A DNA stretch of 64,000 nucleotides from Patescibacteria group bacterium. GTDB lineage: Bacteria; Patescibacteriota; Patescibacteriia; Patescibacteriales; GWC2-42-12. Below, in pieces: positions 1 to 8,200 of this stretch. The stretch is from positions 19,202-83,201 of the forward strand of contig JBAZFW010000001.1 in the NCBI GenBank assembly GCA_041653215.1. Reading direction: 5' to 3'. Position 1 is the stretch's first letter; every line of letters begins with the position of its first letter. The notes beneath the pieces are model-generated. The model was not told the origin of the DNA and searched no databases. It saw only the letters and a list, made by a program, of their open reading frames with translations. The translations under genes were made by a program, and so were the position numbers.

Positions 1-319
1 CAATAATCGAGGAACTTAATTGATGAGAAATATTATGTAAATGGGCTATATCCGGCCGCTCGGCTTTAATTAATTTTTCAAGTTGGCGCGCGGCTTCACG
101 GTTATAAAATAATTTTACAATATCTTTAAAATTAAATTTTTCTAAATTAACGGGAGCGGAAAAATATTTATCATAAGGCGTCTTTTCATTTTTTTCGTCC
201 GCCATAGCAAAAGGCATGACTTTATGGCCAGCCTTTTCTAAAAGTTCAGATAAAGCGAAAACATAGCTTTCTGATCCGCCCTTTTTATAATAAAATTTAT
301 TTATTTGTATAATCTTCAT
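1..319 (-). CDS. glycosyltransferase, GT-B/GT4-like; N-terminal part only, gene continues past window start
   Basis: Own translation from ATG at 319: MKIIQINKFYYKKGGSESYVFALSELLEKAGHKVMPFAMADEKN...RPDIAHLHNISHQLSSSII. Absent from the ORF track because it is truncated. Overlaps the stop of 297..1265 by 23 nt. Confidence 0.55.
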   Translation of the reverse strand, partial: MKIIQINKFYYKKGGSESYVFALSELLEKAGHKVMPFAMADEKNEKTPYDKYFSAPVNLEKFNFKDIVKLFYNREAARQLEKLIKAERPDIAHLHNISHQLSSSII

Positions 320-1265
320 AACTAACCGTTAAGAAATTATTTCTTGTTAACCATAAAATAAATCTCGGCCAATGTTTTTTAATCGCTACTCTAGCCGTGC
401 AAATCATCCAATTTGAATTTTGATCAATTACAACCTGTTTTAAATTATTAAGACCATTTTCCAGATTACCAATTTTTAAACTAGAAACATCAGAAGGATA
501 AATATCGCCGAACGGGTCAATAAATAAATTATATTTGCCTGAATAATCAGGTAAAATTCTTTTTCCTTTTAAGATAAATTCTTTTAAGCCAAAAGCAAAG
601 TAAGCTCTAACCCATCTTTTTGGCGAAAAACTTTTTAACTCTCGCCCAATTAACCAATCAAGCGCCTTAGCCATTTCTAATTTTTTTTCTATCTTATTTT
701 CAGCGTCAAAATATTTTTCTCCAGAATGAACCGCGGCTAAAGTCATTTCAATATTTAACTCACGACTTAAATTATAAACTTTTTTAAGCTGATCTATATT
801 ATAATCTCCCAAAGTAAAAGCTAGGCGCATATTTTTTAAACCAATTTTTTTTAGGCCATTAACGGTCACCATAACCTTATTAAAACCGCCGGGAATGCCG
901 CGAATTTCATCATGTTTCTCTCCTGCGCCGTCCAGAGAAAGCGCGATGCCGATATCAGGAATAATTTTTTTTATCTTTTCAACCTGTTTAACAATTAATT
1001 CGGTAGCAAAGCCATTACTAGAAATAATTATTTTAGCCTGAGGATTGTTTTTATGTAAGACGGCTAAAATTTCTTCTAAATCATTTCTTAAAAACGGTTC
1101 GCCACCAGTAATATTAATATTTGATAAACCGGATGGTATTTTATTAAAATCGCTTGGCTTTAAATTACCGGCAATATTTTTACGCCAAATATTGCACATT
1201 CTACATCTAGAATTGCATAAAAAAGTAATAGCTATAACTAAGTCTTTACAGCTTGATTTTTCCAT
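297..1265 (-). CDS. radical SAM protein (SPASM/twitch-like C-terminal region without the Cys set)
   Basis: CxxxCxxC motif 'CNSRCRMCNIW' near the N-terminus; 'NITGGEPFL' SAM-binding-like motif; sits in a glycan locus. Confidence 0.8.
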   Translation of the reverse strand: MEKSSCKDLVIAITFLCNSRCRMCNIWRKNIAGNLKPSDFNKIPSGLSNINITGGEPFLRNDLEEILAVLHKNNPQAKIIISSNGFATELIVKQVEKIKKIIPDIGIALSLDGAGEKHDEIRGIPGGFNKVMVTVNGLKKIGLKNMRLAFTLGDYNIDQLKKVYNLSRELNIEMTLAAVHSGEKYFDAENKIEKKLEMAKALDWLIGRELKSFSPKRWVRAYFAFGLKEFILKGKRILPDYSGKYNLFIDPFGDIYPSDVSSLKIGNLENGLNNLKQVVIDQNSNWMICTARVAIKKHWPRFILWLTRNNFLTVSYEDYTNK

Positions 1266-1334
1266 AATATTATTATAAATTTAATACATTAGGCTTGTTC
1301 ACCAGATATTATATATTAACATAATTATAAAAAA

Positions 1335-2714
1335 ATGTCAAATAACAAAAAAGTTATAGCTTTACTATTCATCGGGCTTATCGTGGCTTCTTTTTTCTTA
1401 CTAATTGATTTAGATGCTGTTTCAAAAATTTTATTAATAATTTTATTTGGTATTTTTGTTGTCGCTTTTTTAAAACCAATTCAAGGATTATTTCTTTTAA
1501 TAATCGCTAGACCATGCTTAGATATTTTTGCTAATAAAGCTATTATCGCGACTGATAATTTTAGTTTAAATATTGCTTCAATTATCGCGATTCTTACTAT
1601 TTTATTTTCTATAATCATTTTAATAAAAAATTTCTCTAAAGTTAAAACTTTACCGCTTAAATACAACTGGCTGATTTTTATAATCATCGCCTTAGTCTCA
1701 ATTTTTTTCTCTTACAGCGCTTATTTAAGCTTAGCCGAGGGTTTGCGTTTAATAAGTATCTTAGCAATCTACGCGTTAGCTTATCTTTTAATTAACTCGG
1801 AAAAAGATTTAAAAAATTTAATTAAAGCCATAATTATTTCTGCGATTATTCCATCGCTTTTCGCCTTATGGCAATTTTATACTGACAGCGGTTTATCAAT
1901 CCCCTTTGAAGGCATTTACAATAGAATTTACGGCACCTTCGCCCACCCTAATTTATTCGCCTATTATATCCTTATGCCGATAGCTTTGTCGCTTTATCTT
2001 TTTTTAAGCGGCAACAGAAAACAAATAAATAATATTCTATATTTTTTATCAGCAATTTTCTTTATAATAATGTTGGCTCTTACTTTTACCCGCGGCGCCT
2101 GGCTATCATTCTTAATTGTTTTATTAGTAATTGGCATCTTCCGCTATCGCGCTATGTTTATTGCCGCTATAATTTGTTTGGCTCTAGCTTATTTATTTAT
2201 TGAACCATTAAATTACCGCGTTAATGATTTAATGGCCGGGCGTTCAGATAGCTCAATTCAATGGCGCATTAATCTTTGGAACGACGCTAAAGAATATGTT
2301 AAAAGCCAGCCCTTACTGGGTTATGGCGCTGGTGTAGCTAATAAATTAATTATGGATAAGCGCGGTGAAGAATTCGGTTCAAGCGATCCTCATAATGATT
2401 ATTTAAAAATTGCCATTGAGAATGGCTTCGTCGGTTTGCTGGCTTACTTAGCTCTCATAATCGGCTTGTTTATAAAATTAATAAAAAAATATTTTTCTGC
2501 CAATCATAAACAATTTAAAATTTTAATTCTTTCAGTTATCGGCTTATCAATCGCTTTTTATTCTATGAGCGTGGCTGATAATATAATAAGAAACACGGCT
2601 TTAATGTGGTCGTTTTGGGCTTTAATCGGCGCCGTATTTGCTATTCCTGCCATTGCGAGCGACCAGAGAGAGCGAAGCAATCTCACAAATACTGCATCTT
2701 ATAAAAATTCTTAA
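1335..2714 (+). CDS. O-antigen ligase/polymerase (Wzy/WaaL-like) polytopic membrane protein
   Basis: About 10 hydrophobic segments plus a periplasmic-loop region 'FTRGAWLSF...DPHNDYLKI' typical of the O-antigen ligase family. The last ~12 codons are read out of a repeat element. Confidence 0.7.
   Translation: MSNNKKVIALLFIGLIVASFFLLIDLDAVSKILLIILFGIFVVAFLKPIQGLFLLIIARPCLDIFANKAIIATDNFSLNIASIIAILTILFSIIILIKNFSKVKTLPLKYNWLIFIIIALVSIFFSYSAYLSLAEGLRLISILAIYALAYLLINSEKDLKNLIKAIIISAIIPSLFALWQFYTDSGLSIPFEGIYNRIYGTFAHPNLFAYYILMPIALSLYLFLSGNRKQINNILYFLSAIFFIIMLALTFTRGAWLSFLIVLLVIGIFRYRAMFIAAIICLALAYLFIEPLNYRVNDLMAGRSDSSIQWRINLWNDAKEYVKSQPLLGYGAGVANKLIMDKRGEEFGSSDPHNDYLKIAIENGFVGLLAYLALIIGLFIKLIKKYFSANHKQFKILILSVIGLSIAFYSMSVADNIIRNTALMWSFWALIGAVFAIPAIASDQRERSNLTNTASYKNS
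2651..2686. repeat. half-copy of the GTCATTGCGAG...GAAGCAATCTCAC palindromic element, forming the 3' end of the ligase-like ORF
   Basis: 'cattgcgagcgaccagagagagcgaagcaatctcac' resembles the arms of the elements at 8861, 36823 and 45792. Confidence 0.6.
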
Positions 2715-2771
2715 TTTTAATAAGATTACTTATCAAAAACTAGTGAAATTTTAACTTTAAATAAAAAAATA

Positions 2772-2798
2772 CCCCGGTTTCTTTAAAAGAAACCGGGG
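2772..2798. terminator. bidirectional intrinsic terminator between convergent genes
   Basis: 'ccccggtttc tttaaaa gaaaccgggg': 10-bp perfect stem, with an A-run upstream and a T-rich tract downstream. Confidence 0.7.
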
Positions 2799-2818
2799 GT
2801 TAAATTTATCCGCCAGGA

Positions 2819-3328
2819 TTAATTCCAGGCGGGTAAATCTGTCGGAACCGACATTGAATCGCCGGTTTCCGTACTTGCAATGATCTCATATGCGCCATTT
2901 TTCCTGGCGTCAAGGCGATAATAAATACTCGCCTGGTTTAGGAGCAACCACTTATCTCCGAACTTGCCCCAAATCCTGATCCAATAAGTTCCCTTTTCCA
3001 AATTCAATTCTGCGATTGCAAAACCGCGATCTTCCTTGGTGTCTACAGCATACTGGCCATCAATTGACACCGGCGTCCAACCTTCAGGGCCTGCTTTGCG
3101 AATGCTCATGTATAGCTGAATCGCGGGCGCTCCTTTACCTCTCTGTAACATGGAGATCGGGACCGCAATTGACATCTTATTAGCAGTTCCTTCGGGACCG
3201 ATTTTCAGGTCGGATGTAAAACCACCGCCTGCCTTAGCGACTGATTTATTCGCGGGCAAAGTAATGCCGGCGAAAGCTGTCGCGCTCAACAAAACGACTA
3301 ACGCAAAAATACATAATACTTTTTTCAT
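2819..3328 (-). CDS. secreted hypothetical protein (signal peptide)
   Basis: N-terminus MKKVLCIFALVVLLSATAFAG; strong SD AAGGAG 7 nt upstream; higher GC than the flanks. Confidence 0.6.
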   Translation of the reverse strand: MKKVLCIFALVVLLSATAFAGITLPANKSVAKAGGGFTSDLKIGPEGTANKMSIAVPISMLQRGKGAPAIQLYMSIRKAGPEGWTPVSIDGQYAVDTKEDRGFAIAELNLEKGTYWIRIWGKFGDKWLLLNQASIYYRLDARKNGAYEIIASTETGDSMSVPTDLPAWN

Positions 3329-3357
3329 GACAATCTCCTTTTTTATCTGTTTTTGTT

Positions 3358-4971
3358 TTATGGTTTATTTTTTATTTCTATCGGCTCTACCTTTTTAGTT
3401 GTAAGCCAATTCCAAAGATCGTCAACATACTGACTTAAATCCAACGTGATATAAATCGGATGTTGTTGATCGCCGTCGCCACCGAAAATTTCTTTGTAAC
3501 CAGTGCCGACATTAAAAAATTTCACGTTTTTATAAGCGACCTTGATGTTCGCCATAATCTCGCCGAAATTAATTAATCCGTCGCTCGCTAAATCGCGCTG
3601 AGATAAACCAAACTCTTTTCCAACGCCCAGCTTAACTGCCGGGGTTATCCGCCAATTGCCAAAATGAAAATCATAAATGGCTTGATCGACGGTGAGCTCA
3701 TAAACCTTGTTATCGCTTGGGTCAGGAGGTAAAGCTCCGTCTTCCCACCGATGTTTATGCTCGGCGTTAAAAACATGACGATACTCAGCGTTCAGCTCTG
3801 TCTCAGGAAGAAAATTTTTACCTTCAACTCTTCTCGGATAATAATTGAGATGAGCAGAAATAATACCTATAGTATCTTCCTGTTTGCTGCGATATATGCC
3901 TGAACCACCTTGTTCTACTCTAGTGTCACCAAACCCGCCTTGATTGTAAAGTTTACCGAACATCGCGTCGATGTCACCGTCGTAATGTTTCTGCGGGTTT
4001 ATGAACTTCAAAGAAGGACCGATAGCCCCTTCTTTCCATTCATAATCGTAATTACGATCGTGGCCTTCACCACCGGCTAAGAACAATGCAACTCCTCCAT
4101 AATAATCGGTGTTGCCAATTTTACCGATGAAACACCGCTCCCTGGCTTTGAGCCAGTAGTAATAGCCAGCGGCATCCTGATCGGGATGGGAATTCTTGTA
4201 ATTCCCGGCTCCCATAATCAGGTCGGTTTTGCAATACCCGTTGTATTCGGAGCACGGCTCTTCCTTGGACTCTTCAACCGGAGTTTCTTCCGGAGGAATC
4301 AGCAGAGCCATAGGCTCTTCGGGCGGTGCAGGCACAGGCTCGGGAATTATTTCCGGTTCGGGCGGTGCAGGCACAGGTTCAGGAACCATTTCTGGTTCCG
4401 GAGACTTGGCTTCTTTCCACCATGCCCAATTACCACAAACTGCTGGTCTAATCAGGAAATAAACTTCATCGCCTAAATCAACTTTGGCAAAAAGCTTTGC
4501 TTCAAGCTGATCTTCGGGTAATTTCACAACAACATTGTCGACAACCTTGTAGTTGCCAAAAATCTGTTGTTCTAATTCCTGACCTTCCGTCATCTGGTAG
4601 GCTTCAAATTCACCCTTTTCGGCTGCAGTAATGAATGCTGCTTTAACCTCTTCTGAAATATTGAAGAGGCTAATCGCCTTAACAACATTTCTGTCGCCGA
4701 AGGGGTTAACTCCACCTTTCTTCCAAACAAAACATTTTTTAGATGCTTTTGCTTGGGGAATCTGGAGTTTTTGACCTACATAGATTAAATTGAAATTTTT
4801 AATCTCCTTGTTCGCCTGGTAAATGGTTACCCATTTAACATTATACTGCTTGGCGATCGAGGAGAGACATTCTCCCTTCTTAACAATGTGTTCGCGCGCC
4901 TGGGCAAGCCCGGTCACGCAAAACATCATTAAAAAGGAAACTATAGCTACTGCAAAAAATGTCTTTTTCAT
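3358..4971 (-). CDS. secreted LysM-domain protein with a Pro-rich tandem repeat and a large G/Y/N/D-rich C-terminal domain
   Basis: Signal peptide; LysM 'HIVKKGECLSSIAKQYNVKWVTIYQANKEIKNFNLIYVGQKLQIP'; repeat EPE..PEPVPAPP x2; SD AAGGAG. Confidence 0.75.
   Translation of the reverse strand: MKKTFFAVAIVSFLMMFCVTGLAQAREHIVKKGECLSSIAKQYNVKWVTIYQANKEIKNFNLIYVGQKLQIPQAKASKKCFVWKKGGVNPFGDRNVVKAISLFNISEEVKAAFITAAEKGEFEAYQMTEGQELEQQIFGNYKVVDNVVVKLPEDQLEAKLFAKVDLGDEVYFLIRPAVCGNWAWWKEAKSPEPEMVPEPVPAPPEPEIIPEPVPAPPEEPMALLIPPEETPVEESKEEPCSEYNGYCKTDLIMGAGNYKNSHPDQDAAGYYYWLKARERCFIGKIGNTDYYGGVALFLAGGEGHDRNYDYEWKEGAIGPSLKFINPQKHYDGDIDAMFGKLYNQGGFGDTRVEQGGSGIYRSKQEDTIGIISAHLNYYPRRVEGKNFLPETELNAEYRHVFNAEHKHRWEDGALPPDPSDNKVYELTVDQAIYDFHFGNWRITPAVKLGVGKEFGLSQRDLASDGLINFGEIMANIKVAYKNVKFFNVGTGYKEIFGGDGDQQHPIYITLDLSQYVDDLWNWLTTKKVEPIEIKNKP
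4321..4398. repeat. 2 x 39-bp tandem repeat inside the LysM gene (13-aa Pro-rich unit)
   Basis: 'gggcggtgcaggcacaggctcgggaattatttccggttc' is followed by 'gggcggtgcaggcacaggttcaggaaccatttctggttc'. Confidence 0.85.
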
Positions 4972-5081
4972 CTTCTTTCTCCTTTTTATTTTTGTTTTTT
5001 GTGTTTGGGCGACTTGCCTTTTTAAATAACTAGTATCTTAGATTTTATTCTTTATCTTTTTTGGGCGCTGAAATTGTCTGA

Positions 5082-5150
5082 ATGGCCAACTGCCATCAGC
5101 AAATCTCCAACTGGAGAACTTTTTCAAGGTCCTCCAACTGGAGGCGCCTT
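5082..5150 (-). promoter_or_regulatory. three hairpins with a conserved AACT (+) / AGUU (-) loop and differing stems, in the 260-nt leader of the LysM gene
   Basis: atggc(c)AACTgccat 5082-5096; tctccAACTggaga 5104-5117; cctccAACTggagg 5131-5144. Confidence 0.5.
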
Positions 5151-5232
5151 CCCAAGATAAATCATAATTTCTTTGATACTTATTATTTGCATTAGCTCGA
5201 CGCAACAAACAATTAATCCCGCATGGCGAGAC

Positions 5233-6258
5233 TTATTTCTTTATTCTGCTATTATATTCCAACACACAACTATTATACTGCTCGTATGTGTTGGCATCTT
5301 TACAGGGCGTTCCCTGGATCGATAACTTCATCTTCTGAGTTAAAGGATGTTCGGATTGCGGCGCTACAACAGCTTTCTCATTAAGAGCAGCTTGTTGATT
5401 GGCGAAAATCTCAAGTCCGATTTGGACTATCTCCGCCACATTAGCCGCATCAGGCATATATGTTCTATAGCCTGGCCGATCAATTTTATCCTCGAAAATC
5501 TTCGGGAGTTGCACGACTTTCACTATCCCGGCGACAATAAAGGTTTGACTTGCACCAATAAATGGTATAGTCGCATAAAGATACCAACCTTTATTAAGAA
5601 AATCTAGAAACGCTCTTGCAGTTGAATCTTCCCTGCAAATCTGTTCGAGCCTTTCTTTACTAATGTTGTAATTGTTAGCGGCAAACTCGACGCCGTACTT
5701 TTTTTCGAATTTCTCGGAAGTTTCCCGGAATTTAATAAACTCGGAATCGTTGTAAGTTCTTACTATCTCCGAATTTTCGTTTACTTCCTTCACTAAATTG
5801 GGATTGACTTCAAAAAAATCTCCAAAACTTTCCGGCTTAAAATCTTGCCAACTATCTATAGGCATACCATTGCCGCTGGCGTTGTAAGCTACCCGGCCTA
5901 AACGGTCGAATACCACAACATATTTTACATCTTCTTTGCGTAAAGCGCCGGACGGTTCGAATATATCCATCCGCAATCTGTTTGATTTGTGCGAAGGATT
6001 AACCGCCCGCAATTGGTACGTCTTGCCGTTCTTGTCTTGAACATAAGACGGCCAGACTATGCTTTGCTGAATACCGGTAGACATCAACTCTAATGGATTT
6101 TGAATTACCGTAATCCATACGAATTTTTCGGCTTTTGTCTCATTGAGATTTGGCACTGCGTGCATATCTGCCCTATTCATCATCGGTTTTGGGAAACAAC
6201 CATATACAACAATCAACGCGACCATCAGCAGGATGGTCATAAAAATATTTCTTTTCAT
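5233..6258 (-). CDS. putative lipoprotein, hypothetical
   Basis: MKRNIFMTILLMVALIVVYGC (lipobox-like VYGC); SD AAGGAGG; no recognisable catalytic motif. Confidence 0.55.
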   Translation of the reverse strand: MKRNIFMTILLMVALIVVYGCFPKPMMNRADMHAVPNLNETKAEKFVWITVIQNPLELMSTGIQQSIVWPSYVQDKNGKTYQLRAVNPSHKSNRLRMDIFEPSGALRKEDVKYVVVFDRLGRVAYNASGNGMPIDSWQDFKPESFGDFFEVNPNLVKEVNENSEIVRTYNDSEFIKFRETSEKFEKKYGVEFAANNYNISKERLEQICREDSTARAFLDFLNKGWYLYATIPFIGASQTFIVAGIVKVVQLPKIFEDKIDRPGYRTYMPDAANVAEIVQIGLEIFANQQAALNEKAVVAPQSEHPLTQKMKLSIQGTPCKDANTYEQYNSCVLEYNSRIKK

Positions 6259-6270
6259 TGTCCATCCTCC

Positions 6271-6990
6271 TTAGGCTTTTTTAATCTCTCTAATTTTCTT
6301 TTTCTTCTTATCTTTTTCAGCCATCAACTTATTAATTTGATCGCCATACTTCTGGCTCTGACGCCAACACTTTTTTACTGTGCGACGTGCATCACCCTCG
6401 TTTTTTTCCCACATTCTCTCGCCGCCATTAATATGACAGAAAGGAATGTAATATCTGTTAAGTTCGGCGTTATATTCAATTTCTGCTTCATAAACGCCAT
6501 CTTCCTCAACGGGAGCAAAAAACTTTCTATCCTGTTTGGCTGTAACAACGGTCTTAGGTTGCCCTTCGACCACCGGTTGCTTTTTGCTTTTCATATAAAG
6601 AGCAAAAGCTACTAACGCAACCATGCAAAATAATCCGAAACCAACAGCGAGCATCAAAGTAAAATTACTTTCTTTCTCTTCTCCTTTACTCTTCTGCGCC
6701 GCGATCGTTTCATCAACGATTTCTTTTACTTCTTCGGCACTGAGCTTTTGAGAGACCGGCCGATCAGGCAAATAATAAATAATTTGCTGACCAACATCCA
6801 CCTGCGTACCCAAATTTTGGTTCCACTGGTGTATCTCCTTGATGTTTATTCCCTGAACTTTCCAGGTAAACATCAATTCGCCAAGTGTATCGCCGGCTTT
6901 TACGGTATAAACAACTTTCTCACCGGCAAACGCCAGCGAACCAACAAACAACATTATAATAACCATTATTGCAACAAATACCTTTTTCAT
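6271..6990 (-). CDS. LysM-domain membrane protein (signal/anchor, LysM, TM, Lys-rich cytoplasmic tail)
   Basis: LysM 'YTVKAGDTLGELMFTWKVQGINIKEIHQWNQNLGTQVDVGQQIIYYLP'; internal TM 'LMLAVGFGLFCMVALVAFALY'. Start moved to ATG 6990 (MKKVFVAIMV...), because the track start at 7032 is a TTG lying inside hairpins. Confidence 0.65.
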   Translation of the reverse strand: MKKVFVAIMVIIMLFVGSLAFAGEKVVYTVKAGDTLGELMFTWKVQGINIKEIHQWNQNLGTQVDVGQQIIYYLPDRPVSQKLSAEEVKEIVDETIAAQKSKGEEKESNFTLMLAVGFGLFCMVALVAFALYMKSKKQPVVEGQPKTVVTAKQDRKFFAPVEEDGVYEAEIEYNAELNRYYIPFCHINGGERMWEKNEGDARRTVKKCWRQSQKYGDQINKLMAEKDKKKKKIREIKKA

Positions 6991-7006
6991 CTTACTACTC
7001 ACTTTC

Positions 7007-7038
7007 CGTCCAACTGGACGATTTTTGGGCAACTGCCC
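7007..7038 (-). promoter_or_regulatory. two more AACT/AGUU-loop hairpins in the leader of the second LysM gene
   Basis: cgtccAACTggacg 7007-7020; gggcAACTgccc 7027-7038. Confidence 0.45.
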
Positions 7039-7163
7039 ATTTTTTTTGTTTAACTAATTGTCAAAGTCCTAATCTATAATTTATCAATCTTGATTCACAA
7101 TGAATCGCAATCGTCGACAATCGCCGAGTGGCATAAATTTAGACCTCCATTCTCGGATAATTT

Positions 7164-8045
7164 TTATAAATCATCCGAATATGGCTTTCCAAATATATTT
7201 TTCATACTTCCCTGTTTAGCGATTTCTTCTTGATTATCTAAATCGTCGTAACCGTTAAAATTATTACTATCAGTATTATCTAAATTTTCACTAAAATTAT
7301 ATTCTGCTTCCGGCAATGTTTCCGTCGGTTCCGCCACGCTTTCTAAAACGGTCGGAGCAAACTCCGGTTCTTTATAAAAATTATCTTCCGTTTTATTTTT
7401 GCTATCGGAAAATTTAGGCATTAATCTAACACTATATTTTTTTTCCGGAAATAAATAAATATAAACACCAGAAAAAATTAATCCCAAAACTAAAGCTAAA
7501 CCAAAATTCAAAATTAAATTAGGCTTGACCGGATACTTACTAGTGATTGGATCATCAATAACTTTAATTGAAACGTTATCAGCGCCACCATGATAAAGGC
7601 CATGTTTAGTTTGCAATGTATAAACTACGGCGCGAGCTATCAAATCAGTTTGCGAACGATCTTTATGATAAATATTTATAGAGATAATACCTGAGTCGCT
7701 ATTAGATTTAGCGCTAACAGTTTTATCCCAAATTTTCATTTGATCTTTTACTGTTTGGCCGAAGTAACTTTTATTAACCGCGTAGCCAGAATTTAAAACA
7801 TTTTCAAAAAATGAATTAGAAGAAATAACCTTGGCTAAAATGTTACTTAAATATTCAGTTGATTTTGCGGCCGTATAAGCATCCAAGCTAACTGAGTCTT
7901 GAATGATTAAAACTTGCGCCCTTGAACCATATTTAAATGGTTGAGCAACGGTTAAAATAGAGGCTAAAAAAATAAAAATTAAAACAAAGGATATAATAGT
8001 GCCTTTTTTCTTATTTATTAGCGATAAATAATCTTTAAATTCCAT
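7164..8045 (-). CDS. Wzz/YveK-like polysaccharide chain-length determinant family protein with an acidic C-terminal tail
   Basis: N-terminus 'DYLSLINKKKGTIISFVLIFIFLASILTVAQPFKYGSRAQVLI', a second TM near residue 180, and glycan-locus context. Confidence 0.55.
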   Translation of the reverse strand: MEFKDYLSLINKKKGTIISFVLIFIFLASILTVAQPFKYGSRAQVLIIQDSVSLDAYTAAKSTEYLSNILAKVISSNSFFENVLNSGYAVNKSYFGQTVKDQMKIWDKTVSAKSNSDSGIISINIYHKDRSQTDLIARAVVYTLQTKHGLYHGGADNVSIKVIDDPITSKYPVKPNLILNFGLALVLGLIFSGVYIYLFPEKKYSVRLMPKFSDSKNKTEDNFYKEPEFAPTVLESVAEPTETLPEAEYNFSENLDNTDSNNFNGYDDLDNQEEIAKQGSMKNIFGKPYSDDL

Positions 8046-8150
8046 ATGGTTTTTAAATATTTAATAAATTAACTTAACCCAGTATCTTAACATCTCTTAA
8101 GATTTTTGTCAAGAGGTGGCCTATTTTATACCACATTTTAGCGAAAAAAA

Positions 8151-8178
8151 CAAAAAAACGGGATTATGCCCGTTTTTT
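8151..8178 (-). terminator. intrinsic terminator downstream of mtaB
   Basis: 'aacgggattatgcccgtt' stem flanked by A/T runs on both sides. Confidence 0.6.
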
Positions 8179-8200
8179 CAATATATTACTTAAAACTTAA

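Noticed and set aside
1045-1278. Many 60-110-aa ORFs in the supplied track that lie antisense to, or out of frame within, confident genes. Examples: 1045..1278, 1481..1687, 3150..3398, 4186..4476, 4229..4462, 5347..5607, 6100..6615, 6748..7053, 10726..10995, 16824..17102, 20134..20340, 20410..20697, 23068..23352, 23421..23708, 38619..38945, 44338..44628, 46641..46886, 50624..50938, 51793..52134, 54016..54276, 62588..62848.
   Set aside because: Each is fully overlapped by a gene with clear family motifs on the other strand or frame. Their compositions look like mirror images of the real gene (for example Gly/Ser runs opposite the Pro-rich repeat). None has start signals of its own.
3358-4300. 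The C-terminal ~300 aa of the 537-aa LysM protein as an outer-membrane beta-barrel, which would be odd in a monoderm.
   Set aside because: The aromatic/Gly-rich alternating pattern is suggestive only, and I cannot establish strand periodicity or a terminal Phe signature by eye. It is reported as a domain of unknown fold.
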